A DNA stretch of 64,000 nucleotides. Origin: Phoronis australis (lineage: Eukaryota; Animalia; Phoronida). Of this stretch, positions 23,501 through 34,990 are shown piece by piece. The notes beneath the pieces were generated by a model. It was given only the letters and a program-made list of their open reading frames with translations. It ran no database searches and was not told where the DNA came from. How positions within the stretch are numbered: the stretch's first letter is position 1; the number at the start of each line of letters is the position of its first letter. The stretch covers positions 38,557 through 102,556 of the forward strand of contig NMRA01000784.1 of the NCBI GenBank assembly GCA_002633005.1, in the 5' to 3' direction. A program made the position numbers and the translations under genes.

Positions 23501-26500
23501 NNNNNNNNNNNNNNNNNNNNNNNNNNNNNNNNNNNNNNNNNNNNNNNNNNNNNNNNNNNNNNNNNNNNNNNNNNNNNNNNNNNNNNNNNNNNNNNNNNNN
23601 NNNNNNNNNNNNNNNNNNNNNNNNNNNNNNNNNNNNNNNNNNNNNNNNNNNNNNNNNNNNNNNNNNNNNNNNNNNNNNNNNNNNNNNNNNNNNNNNNNNN
23701 NNNNNNNNNNNNNNNNNNNNNNNNNNNNNNNNNNNNNNNNNNNNNNNNNNNNNNNNNNNNNNNNNNNNNNNNNNNNNNNNNNNNNNNNNNNNNNNNNNNN
23801 NNNNNNNNNNNNNNNNNNNNNNNNNNNNNNNNNNNNNNNNNNNNNNNNNNNNNNNNNNNNNNNNNNNNNNNNNNNNNNNNNNNNNNNNNNNNNNNNNNNN
23901 NNNNNNNNNNNNNNNNNNNNNNNNNNNNNNNNNNNNNNNNNNNNNNNNNNNNNNNNNNNNNNNNNNNNNNNNNNNNNNNNNNNTGCAATTCGTTTAGGAG
24001 ACACGCCCAGAAAGAGATGACGACAAAAAAGCACACATATTACGTATACATGGGTGCATGAAACACCGTGAAATCCCTTTGCCTAATGTCTCCATTATGC
24101 AGTGGCCACCAAATATACTATCGCTGTCTAGTTATTAAAAGCATTCAACACTGCTGCATAGAAATGGCAATTTAGTAAACACTCTAATATCTGTAAACTT
24201 TATACTATTACCTGCTAAACAGTGAAAAGTTTGCAAGAATGAAAAAACACCAACTATAACCTTACTTACACGCTTTAAATAAAGTTTCAAGCGATCGGTT
24301 ACTCCTTTGTTTCTTAGGGATTTCGCAAAATGAAAATCAAGACAATTCAACTTTTACTTGAATTTCGGTATCCCAAATTTTAGTAACAGGCCCTAACTCG
24401 GGTAGAAACCATGACAATCTTACTTTCTCAGGGCTCTCAATTAACACCCTCAGCTGCCTGTTGACATCAGCAATTCTAGCCGACACGAAGTTGAGCCTCT
24501 CCTGGTATTTCTCCTCAGAAACCGATTCCTGAAGAAAGAGGGATGATATACATGTCGACTAGCAATTGATACATGAACCAGTGAGACTATTATCAAGTTT
24601 AGACTAGATCACAAAACATTGCGAATGAGAGAAAAATTCCATACAGAACCCTTAAAACTTGCAGGGCCTTCCTCAATCACCTGAGGGAAAGGTGCCTGTG
24701 CCTTCTGAGAGGAGAATTTTTTGGGGTGAGGGGAAAATTATACCGACCAATCACCATCAATTGCACCCCCACCCCTGTTGCAAAAAACCAAAGCTAACTT
24801 TTTGAGCTCTGTCAAATTGTCACCTGTGTGAGCTACAGGTGATCAAGCGATTCGAACCTCGAGGGGAATTTGTCAATCACTTGATGGGAATTTTTGGGTC
24901 TCACGAGGGGAATTTTGTGTGATTTTTCAATATTTTTCAGAGGCAAATAGAGCCGACATGGAGTACCACAAACAAGGATTGAGGACCCTAGACCTACGTG
25001 AGCACAAAGACAACAATCTATGATTTATGCATAATTGTTGCAAAATTATAATAATTGTTGCATAATAATAATCTATGCTTTATGTAATGTTCACCAAAAT
25101 AATTTTAGGGATCATACTTAAAATGTCCCACTTTTGTATTAAGTTATCAAAACTGTACTTCAGTGTATCAAAGAAACAACTCACAAGTTGTACGAAACAA
25201 ACTGTAACAGCAATTTTGACATTCCATCTTGAACATATCAAACAAAATTTGGAGCATGTTACTGGTGCACCTTCCGCCTTTGCTTAAGACAACGTCACGT
25301 GACCCAATTAATGGCAAATTTATAAAGGCAAAAACCAAATTCCACAACCTTTCTACTTTCTGAAAACGTAATTCTGTAATAGTTTGTAGATATTTGACTA
25401 AATAAACGGACTTGCTGAGATCCTACATAACTTCTACACCAGGATCCATTCTTATGAAAATATCGTAACTTGACAAAGTTTTCACACAGTGATTCTAAAT
25501 GGAGATGTAAGCTGAAATTCACACCTGGTTCTAGATTTCAGTTAAAATGGACGATTCCAGCGTGAAAAGTAATTTTACAGAAATATTAGCAGACACGCAG
25601 TATCAGACCCACTTCCCCGCTGTATCAGACCCACCAGACCCGCAGTACCAGACCCACTGGTGCTGCAGTATCAGACTCACTAGCCCTGCAATAGCAGCAG
25701 AACGCTCTACCGCTGAGCCAATCACAGGCCGTAAATACCAAGGCATTTTAAGTGTACTTAATTGCTAAAGACATTGGTTTTGATTTCATCAAATTTAAGC
25801 TAAACAATGGCAAAATTGGTTATTTGTAATAAAAATCACACAAAAGAGCTTGATTTCATTGGTTTATAGTAAGTTTCACTCAGCAACAATCCCAAAAACA
25901 TGCTTTTGGTCAAAAAACCTGTATTGGTCCCTTTGTGCCCCAGTCGACTCACCGCTGGCCCAGTTTTACTCAGATACTGTTGCTTCTCCTGTACATTAGC
26001 TATCTGCCTGTGGTACCACTCCCTTGCCTTGTCAATATGCTCTAAGCCCTGTAGTAGCACGTCCTTCTCTTGCTCCAACTGTTTCATTCTCTGGATCTGT
26101 AAGAAAGAAATTGTGTTTATTGATTACAGAAATATGATTTTCAATGGTTAATCTATTCAGAGACATTTGGGTTCACAGCAGTGTTCTCTACAATTAAAAA
26201 TCCAAACAGGTCACAAGAGCACGAATGCCAAAAATGAGTCTTAAGTGAGTGAACCCTTATTTGACAAATTTCAATTAAGAGCTCACTGCTGGATTAGAAT
26301 ACACCCGTAATTTGCGTTATTGGGATTGTGGAAATGCTTTTTAAAAATGAAAACATTATTTATTTGTTTTAGTGCTAACAAACACAATAGGTAATGTGTT
26401 ATCCTTCAAATATCAAAGACAAATTTTTCAAACCTGCATGAAACACAGGTCACTGCATCGTAACAAAATAAATTTCATTCATTCAATCAAAAACGTGTTT

Positions 26501-29062
26501 TTAAGCACGAGTCTCAACTCGACCAGTTCCCTACCATATTGTAGTCTATGCCGCTGCCCAAAGTGTGTCGCCGGGGTTCTCGTCTCTTTGGCTCAGTCTT
26601 ACGATACATGGCCGCCTCTGACTTCTGGGTCACCAGACTGGGACCCCCAGAAGGGACTGTAGACGTTCCGGGCACATCTGAATAACAACGCAGAATTACT
26701 TGAAGATTCATTGGAAGGTTTTAATAACATTGTAGACTGAATGGATATTAGAACTCATTTTTGAAGCTGTCAAACAAGAGGAATCCCACACCTGCATCAT
26801 TTTTTGCTAAAAACTTTTTCAAAAGTCTCACAAATACCTTCAACACAATTAAACATAGTCAATCTGCCTAATATGACTATGAACCAGTGGCATAGGAAAT
26901 TATCTTTGGTGTTTCTATATCCTGTTCTTGTGTAAACTAAAGATAAGTGTCTAGTATTGTATACCCGGGTGTACAAGGATGGCCGACAAATCTTAGTATG
27001 CACTTGGTGAACCCAGCATTAGGCTAAAATTTCAATTCTGGAGTCGAAATTTCAAGTTTCTACTCGGAATCTCAAATTTTAACTACTTTTGATGTATGAA
27101 TCTAGGGGTCAGCAAGTGCATAAATGGACTAGAAATTCAATTGCGTAAACGTTCAAGTACCAGGGAGAATAGAATGGACAATTGTCTTGACCTTGCAAAA
27201 AAGTAAAACAAGAAATGGCAAAAATAAACTTCCGTTACATTTAGTGATTAAACCTCGGCATCTGGTGACTTGATGTCAGAGATGGACTCTATCTAAAAAA
27301 AATACTTCTAAAGTTCTGAAGTTCTAATCACTTATAAGGAACATGTAGAGACCAGCTATCGACCAAAAAAATTACTTTTTACGGTAAACCAGTTTATGGT
27401 AACTCTCCACAAGGAGACCAGAAGATCAGACAGTGTGGGAGCGACATTTAAAATGGCACTCAGAGTTTCACACAAGTAAGCAGCTATAAGTAGCGAACAG
27501 TAAATTTGCAAAAGTTTGTTATCAGTTGTTAGTCACTTAGAGCGACATTCCATCCAAGAAGCAGTTTTGATTTAGCCATTTACGTTTGCTATTAGATGAA
27601 AGTGATCTTTGGGTTTCCAAAGAATAACAACAAGTTGTTATGAACCCTTGAAATCACTTTAATGAGAGACCAAATTTTAGCGGCTAAATCAAAAGGCAAT
27701 TATTGCGGCCGAAAGCAGCAGCCAAGCCTTAAGTTCAAGGATACTCCTGACCAGGTTTGAACCCGTGCCCTTTGGGTGCACCTGATGGTAAAAATTGTGC
27801 CCGTTTTCAAAAAGTTGCGGCCGGCAGACTTAGTGTAATTAAAGTGGTAACGTATGAAACAGAAATCTCAAGGGCAACCGAAATAAGAACAGTCATGTTT
27901 TACTAGACTGGCTATAAGTTGACTAGAATGTTGCATTTTTGGAAGAGTGTTGCGTTTTAGAAGACGTGTCCGGGATGCGCACTGCTGCATTACTATACTT
28001 GCGCCTTTCTATCTTTTGATGCGCTAATGGAGCAGTCCAGGAATATCCACGAAGTTACATCAAAGGCATTCCAGTAATAAAGTTCAAAAGCGTTTAGACA
28101 GAGTTATGTAAAACCCAACACTTCACAGTATGGCAAAGTTTCCTACAAATTAGAACACAATATGGCAAAATCTTATTTTATCAAACATTTCAAAGAGTAC
28201 TAATAAGCAAAACGGTTTTAATTATTTGAAAACTTCATACAACGCGGCTCTCATTAACAAATTTTGAACGTTTTCGAAAAAACAAAGAGCATTTGAAAAA
28301 TGAAAAAGGCAACTTTGGTAATTTATAATTTTGTTCCAATTTGTGGAAACCTTACCAAATTCTAAAATTAGTAATAAATGTACCATGCTTTTGAGAAACT
28401 TTTTCTTGAGCATTATTTATCATTCGATCTCTTTGCCAGGATCTCAGGGCATTTGAAATTTCACTTTTAATTGGCAGATTACCACCGTCCGAAACCATCC
28501 GTTGTCGAGGGTCCCGAACTGTCTCTGGTGCCACCTGGTGGTCATTTTCAACATCACCAGGCAAGTGAGGCACACTGTTGGATCGTTGAGCTGCCGTAAA
28601 GTTACTGGGACGCACAGTCGCTGTGGTAGCTGTCCTCGGTAAGTGGTTTGGCTTATTGGTACCCAGCACAGGCCTGTCGTTTACATTTCCTCCACCAGGC
28701 TGCGTGTGTGAATCGAGTTTGACTTTTGAAAAGTTTGGTTTCCTGAACGGAACTTCATTCTCTTTTTCCTTCGTCGGTCTTTCTGATTTGTTTCTCAAGA
28801 GTGTTATTTTCAGTCCCGCAACAAACCTTTCAAAGCTCAGCAAACCGTTAGCAGGAGTGACTTTCTGTAGAGCAGTTACAACACCGGGAGGCAGGCCTTT
28901 CACGCCATCGCCTTGCCAGCGACTCTCAATATCCGAAAACTTGACGAACCCCGTCTTTTCATCGTCCAAAATGTCAAACAGAACCCTCAACGACGATACG
29001 AACTGCTTTGGCAAGCCGTCAAGAGACGATCTTGGTTTTACCGTTGGCATTTCCTTCGACAT
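20562..29062 (-). CDS. SAPCD2: Suppressor APC domain-containing protein (SAPCD2-like), 6 coding exons, about 446 aa
   Basis: Exons 29062-28384, 26677-26535, 26096-25953, 24528-24424 (duplicate copy at 22158-22054), 21260-21123, 20693-20562; all GT-AG and phase-compatible. Motifs: LDGLPKQFVSSLRVLFDILDD...ESRW...LSFERFVAGL (N-terminal EF-hand-like), RREPRRHTL.SGIDYNM, MKQLEQEKDVLLQGLE...REWY (Suppressor_APC coiled coil), LKAQNRMLTKEVTQKSQRISQLEKEK..LVRQLFEAR...DDTTFM*. Confidence 0.93.
22054..22158 (-). CDS. SAPCD2: Duplicate copy of SAPCD2-like exon 4 (ESVSEEKYQERLNFVSARIADVNRQLRVLIESPEK)
   Basis: Same 105-nt exon as 24424-24528 with one silent difference; the two copies flank the N gap. Confidence 0.8.
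22808..22985. repeat. 23-bp minisatellite (gcagtatcagacccactagcgct)n running into the assembly gap; degenerate copy at 25597-25690
   Basis: Direct reading of the units. Confidence 0.9.
22986..23983. other. Assembly gap (998 N)
   Basis: Run of N. Confidence 1.
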
Positions 29063-29117
29063 TTTGTCATCCGACCGAAGGAAGTCGTAAACCCATATCA
29101 AATGTCAACTAAAACCT

Positions 29118-29162
29118 TTTGAAATTTGTGACAGGTGCCCTATTTATTTAAACTCTGATTGG
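29118..29162 (-). promoter_or_regulatory. Candidate SAPCD2-like core promoter: CCAAT box plus CHR-like hexamers
   Basis: ATTGG at 29158-29162, TTTAAA at 29147-29152 and TTTGAA at 29118-29123, all within 100 bp upstream of the ATG. Confidence 0.4.
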
Positions 29163-31346
29163 ACGCTTCAGGCACACTACCTGTTGATGGCCACCAAGTG
29201 GTGGGACGGATAACTAAATACTTGACTAACTTCGTTGAGGTGTCAGATAGAATCATGGGGTCAGCCGAGGCTCAGGTGACTTGGGGGCGGCTAGGGTAAG
29301 GAGAGACGGGGATCACGACGTCGAGACGGCGAAGATGAAATGAACATCCCGATGTTTCTTTTTTTTCCATTTTATTCGGACAGAAACATACAGCTATGTC
29401 TACTAAATGGTATACGACAAAATGGTCCGCCTAAGCATAAAACCGGCTTGTTGTCGGCGTACTCATCCAATTATTCCACTTCAAAGTTATGCTCTGAATA
29501 GGATTTGATTTAAATCTCACAAATATATATTATTCGTTGATCCAAAAATTTTTTTTTATTTATACCGAGTTGTTTCAACTGTGCATTGCTTTTCGGCAGC
29601 CATTTTATAATGACCCTATGGGCGTCATGCTGCCGCTTTTTGAAAGAACAGCAAACCACACAGAAAAAGGCAAAGGAAATATTGGAAAGTGGTTTTCAAC
29701 AATTCTAGTTCAACCACAAATTATTTTAGTGGTATGATATGGATTTTGAATCGATTGAAATTGATTTAGAATGTCTGTTCTGGAAAATAAATCGTGATTG
29801 TTTTATATATTCCAGATAGTGAGGCCTTACTTATTTCCGAGTCAGTGTATTTGTGTCCTCTTTATTTGACTTTTTGCTCTTGTTGTTCTTAACATCACTT
29901 ATCTCTGCTGTCTTTCTTTTTCTTTTCAGTTTCTCTTCATTCTCTGTTGAACTTCTTGTCAGCCAAAACAGAACTGTATCCCTTTGAAACTTGATCGGCA
30001 GAAGTTGATTAGTTGACTGGCAAAAGGTGTTTCAAATAAAATTGTCTTTTTGTCATAAAAATTGTTATTTTCCAGCGTCCAATTTTTTAATAACCGTTGA
30101 CAAAACGGCTTAAATGTTCCAAAACAATGTCGCGTGACTTCAAGTTGAACACGCCGGAGCCAGGCGGGCGGCAAGCATCAGAACTTGACGAGAAGTTTGC
30201 CCATTTTTAATTATTAGAAAGCCACGCTTGAAGGTCTAGATCTGAGCTAAAAACTCGAGTAAAAACTCAAAACTTCCAGTGAGAACTGAAAAATTCGTGT
30301 GCAGGCCAGAACTATCGATCAGCCTGAGCAAGCGAGTTAATCGACTGACCAGCGCCGCGTACACCTCAGTCCGAGGTAAGATATTTCACAAGGCCAGTGG
30401 CGTATATTACACCTTACACATGAAATAAGTGACCCTCAAAACAGCGCACGCGAAACAGGGTAGCCTACTCATGGCAAGAAATGAATCCAACGGGTAAGAA
30501 ATTTACGCGACACTGGACTGGCTTTGAATGAGACCAACTTGCCCATGCGCATTACTCCCTGGACTGTAACAAAACCAACTTACAAAACGATCTAGAATCA
30601 CGCTAGGTACCCCGTAGTAACTTGCTCGTTTTTAAAGTTCAGTATTGCCAACTAGTAACATTGAGTCCGTTGTACGGTAATGACACTGAGTACCACTGAC
30701 ACTAGGCTTTCGAGAGAAAAAATGCCAGTGGCGTTTTTTATAAGAAAACCAATGAAGAAAACACGTAACTCAGAACTCAGTATTAGAGGATTAAATACAG
30801 GCAAACTGAGCAACGGAGAAAACGCAGCAAACAATGCAAGATTGAAAAGCGCGCGTGGTGATGCCACGTACCCATCCGTACTAGACCCACTAATTAATTG
30901 ACGACGTTCTGGTGTATCATGTAGGCTATCATATGCGCATTACAACTGTATGTCTAGGGCAATCGCGCAAACTCACAATTGCATGCGCGCACCCAGCCTC
31001 GGCAATAGGCCCGGGGCTCTAATTTCTGAGGACGTGGATCTTCTGCTAAAAGACAAGCCGACGGTGGACTATAAAAAACGGGGTGCGTCGGTGCTCTCAA
31101 GCTGAAAAGGCCGGACACTTGCAATCAAGTCTCGTCTGAGCCCTCAGTACTATTAGGCCAAACTCAATATTTCCGCTCACACTGACTCTTGCTGTTTTAT
31201 TCTTTTTGCGGCACCCAAGAGGGGGGGGGGGGGNCCCCCTAAATCCGCCTAAGAACAATTAGGCCAATGTTTAGGCTCATTACAAAACAATGAAACAATG
31301 ACATCAATTAATTACCAATGTCACGGCCAACCCGGTCCACTAGAGC

Positions 31347-32967
31347 GAATACAAGTTTGAATAGTTTAATGTCGTAACCGGCAGTTGGTTGTAGTTGGGC
31401 ACTTTTGGTGATTCAAAAACTAAACATGATCGCCATTTGACGAGGATATCAGAAATGTTATTGGTTTAAACTTAGGCCTATATTTTTCCCAGTCCAGCCC
31501 GGCAGGCCCGGGGCTAAATATAATTATTGGAGATTAGAGCAATTATCGAACACTAAGAGCTGGCCCTCCAACCCTAAATCGAATGTTAGAATAGAGTTAA
31601 TCAGTCGTGTAAGTATATTGGCTACTGGGGTGTTCTTCCCAACTTGTTGAGTTATAGAATCGAACAAGTTTGGGATCCGTCAACAGGAGAGTACTAAGCG
31701 CCGCGCGGTGAGCCCCTGCTCAGTCACGGCGCGGCGGTTCGGTGGACCCAGCACGTGAAGCAACCATAGACCTACACTCATAAATATATGCTCCTGGCGT
31801 ACGCCCATGAAACACTTGCGTGAAAAGTGCCTTTACGCCAGTAATTTACGCCCGGCGCCTTTTCCAAAGCGCGGAGAGCGGCCCTCCCCGCCGGCGGCAA
31901 CTTCTCGCCAAGATCTACATGTAGGCCTGTTTCACTGTTTACAAAGAGTATTACCGCGGGTACCAGATGATGTCTATGATGTCGATGTAGCAATTTATCG
32001 TTCACAAACAAGAAGATTTAAATGACCTAACTAATCCATGTTAAAATGAGCAATTTAAATAGATTAATGGAAATGTTGACTCAAATCTGCACAATCGCTA
32101 CACAAAAAACAAAGCTAAATGAAATGTTTTAGTAAACGTCTGACAGTTGTATTTTANGAATACAAGCCGGTTTGAATAGTCGTAACCGGCAGTTGGTTGT
32201 AGTTGGGCACTTTTGGTGATTCAAAAACTAAACATGATCGCCATTTGACGAGGATATCAGAAATGTTATTGGTTTAAACTTAGGCCTATATTTTTCCCAG
32301 CCCAGCCCGGCAGGCCCGGGGCTAAATATAATTATTGGAGATTAGAGCAATTATCGAACAAATTAGAGCTGGCCCTCCAACCCTAAATCGAATGTTAGAA
32401 TAGAGTTAATCAGTCGTGTAAGTATATTGGCTACTGGGGTGTTCTTCCCCACTTGTTGAGTTACAGAATCGAACAAGTTTGGGATCAACAGGAGAGTACT
32501 AAGCGCCGCGCGGTGAGCCCCTGCTCAGTCACGGCGCGGCGGTTGAGTGGACCCAGCACGTGAAGCAACCATAGACCTACACTCATAAATATATGCTCCT
32601 GGCGTACGCCCATGAAACACTTGCGTGAAAAGTGCCTTTACGCCAGTAATTTACGCCCGGCGCCTTTTCCAAAGCGCGGAGAGCGGCCCTCCCCGCCGCC
32701 GGCGGCAACTTCTCGCCAAAATGATCTACATGTAGGCCTGTTTCGCTGTTTACAAAGAGTATTACCGCGGGTACCAGATGATGTCTATGATGTCGATGTA
32801 GCAATTTATCGTTCACAAACAAGAAGATTTAAATGACCTAACTAATCCATGTTAAAATGAGCAATTTAAATAGATTAATGGAACTGTTGACTCAAATCTG
32901 CACAATCGCTACACAAAAAACAAAGCTAAATGAAATGTTTTAGTAAACGTCTGACAGTTGTATTTTA
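31347..32967. repeat. Tandem near-duplicate 31347-32156 / 32158-32967 joined at a single N (32157)
   Basis: Collinear copies with SNPs and indels; the breakpoint is exactly at the N. Confidence 0.92.
31490..31678 (+). repeat. About 185-bp dispersed repeat, followed by a GC-rich hairpin (cgccgcgc..gcgcggcg, about 31699-31737)
   Basis: Matches the reverse complement of 2862-3042; repeated at 32300-32486 in the duplicated block. Confidence 0.8.
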
Positions 32968-33409
32968 GAGAAACCCAGCTTCCTGGAGATTTGTAAGCAA
33001 TGCCAAAGCAATCAAGTTGAAGGGGCAGACATGGAGTGGTAGAAAATTGTTTCGAATTGGTAAGTTTTATACAGTGTTATATGCGTTAAAGACGTCGATA
33101 AACGCACAGTGAAAATTTGTGATTGGTCAAGAAGACATTTATGTCGTTATGAGAGAGATTAGTGGTGATCGAGTCTAGATTTTGCCAAATCATCGGAACC
33201 TCATCTATGTCGTGGTTGCAACGCCAGTCCCAAGTCGATCGAATAATGTTACGCAATGCAAGAATTTCATGATAGGGGGAATCACTTTTCATAAACAACA
33301 GACACTCCAAAAACCCCTGGTTGGATTGTTGCAACTTGATTCATAATAAATCACAGATTATGGTTGTTAATTTTCTGTGCTATAACTGTACCAACTCATT
33401 GACTAGCAG

Positions 33410-33506
33410 CACAGGCGTCCTCAGCTTCTGATCGTCCCCAATACACTACATATAATACTATTGTATGTAGTGTATTGGGGACGATCAGAAGCTGAGGACG
33501 CCTGTG
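33410..33506. mobile_element. 97-bp foldback MITE, perfect 43-bp arms, 8-bp TSD ACTAGCAG
   Basis: 33410-33452 is the exact reverse complement of 33464-33506; ACTAGCAG at 33402-33409 and 33507-33514; CA...TG termini. Confidence 0.92.
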
Positions 33507-34859
33507 ACTAGCAGGGCGAACAGCATTTTTCAAAAATGTTAGAAAATGTGCATATAAAGCTCTTCATAAGAGAATGGTGCAAAAAAATTTAAATTGGACT
33601 TATGGTTCGGGTGAAAATATTATTCTTGTGTCAAAATTTTTGGTATAAATTCTGTCAAATCAAATTTGCGATTTTAAAATATCATGGTTACAAAATTACG
33701 TGTTCATGTGGTACATCAGTTTAAGGAACTTTTTATGGTAAATAATTTGCAAAAACATTCCAATTGGATGTTCCTGTTCGAAGATATAGACCTTAAAGTC
33801 AAAGCCGACAAATGGAAAAGTCAGTACAAACAGGTTTGCCATTTCATGCAAATTTGTATAAAATAAGAATTACTCAAGGTAAAAAACAAATAAGGTGTTG
33901 CTTTAAAGACTTTTGGTAAATTGTTGAGCAGCAACAATTGATGAAACACAGACAGTTACAGGGAGCCACAATAAACTCTAGAGTAACAATGACACACCAC
34001 AGGTTGTCATTTTTGGTCTAGTTCATTGTCACTCCCTCACTGTAACTGACTGTATCTGTGCTTAATTACTTGTTGCTGGGCCTAGCTAGGTGGCCACTGT
34101 ATTCTCTCTTCTGATGATGGTGTTTGAATATGACACCGAAACATGCCAAGTCGTTTTAAAACTGTGATTGTTTTTATTAACATATGCTGCTACTTGCTAT
34201 CATGGAGATCAAAAGTATTTGCAGAAAAGTTAGAATTTACAATGTCATCTAGTTATTACTACTAGAATTCAAATTGTTAAAATACAATACATGCGCGATG
34301 GGTCAAGTTCTACACATGTAGCCGTAATTTTTGAAATACAAGTCGACCAAACCAATACCTGATCATTTTAGTTCGGGTTGCCTCGGATTTTGACTCCTTG
34401 CTAATGGTTTCAAATATGGTGTGTAGTTCATATTGGCTTTGCTCTCCGCTCCTTTTAAATCGTTCCTCAGATTCATAATCTTTTTGCTGTTTTGAAATAA
34501 AAATTGTTATCAAAAGCCTGTTATTGGGAAAGATAAAAGCAATTATGACAGTCTAGTTTTTGAAACAGGTGGGATTTGTACACAATTGCTGTAGTTACCA
34601 TTACTTTCATAAGATTCTTAATTGATGGAAAATCAAAAGCTTGTGCACTATTGTGTGAATAGATTTATTTTCCTTCATGCCTTGAACGCTCATTCGTTTG
34701 ACCAGTAATGTTTAATCAGTCATAAATACGATTCAATTTTGTTTTGTCATGTGACCAAGAGTAGTCTATGCTCAGAACTCAAATCATGAAAAATTTGTTT
34801 CAATTATAAAAATGAAATCGGTATTTTCCCAATCAAATTCCGTATTTACTCCAATAGTG

Positions 34860-34990
34860 AAAACTAAAATGTTCTGCCAACGAACTCCCTCATCTGACAG
34901 GAGTGAATGTATGGCATTAAACAGTGTTGTATCTGCAGCGCCGACAGGTGAGAAATTCATGTTCACCTGCCTGACGGTTCCCCTCTACTT
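34860..34990 (-). mobile_element. Short relic of a hAT-like transposase
   Basis: Translation ...AADTTLFNAIHSLLSDEGVRWQNILVF resembles the segment before the second catalytic Asp of hAT transposases; no continuing ORF. Confidence 0.45.

Larger units (their letters stand above)
21614..25194. repeat. Near-identical blocks 21614-22806 and 23984-25194 either side of the gap (probable haplotype overlap)
   Basis: Collinear, with scattered SNPs and small indels. Confidence 0.9.

Noticed and set aside
22939-24036. 352/365-aa ORFs in the track
   Set aside because: Artefacts of translating through 998 Ns.
22054-24528. Mutually exclusive duplicated exon in SAPCD2
   Set aside because: Copies encode the same peptide, include near-identical introns and flank an assembly gap.
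27746-27776. tRNA gene (also the GGTTCGAA motifs at about 1780 and 1850)
   Set aside because: Only B-box/T-arm-like fragments with no cloverleaf; more likely SINE or MITE remnants.
28623-29090. 155-aa plus-strand ORF
   Set aside because: Antisense shadow of SAPCD2-like exon 1.
31778-32836. Duplicated small ORF pairs (72-79 aa)
   Set aside because: They lie in a haplotype-overlap duplicate; no domain or splice support.
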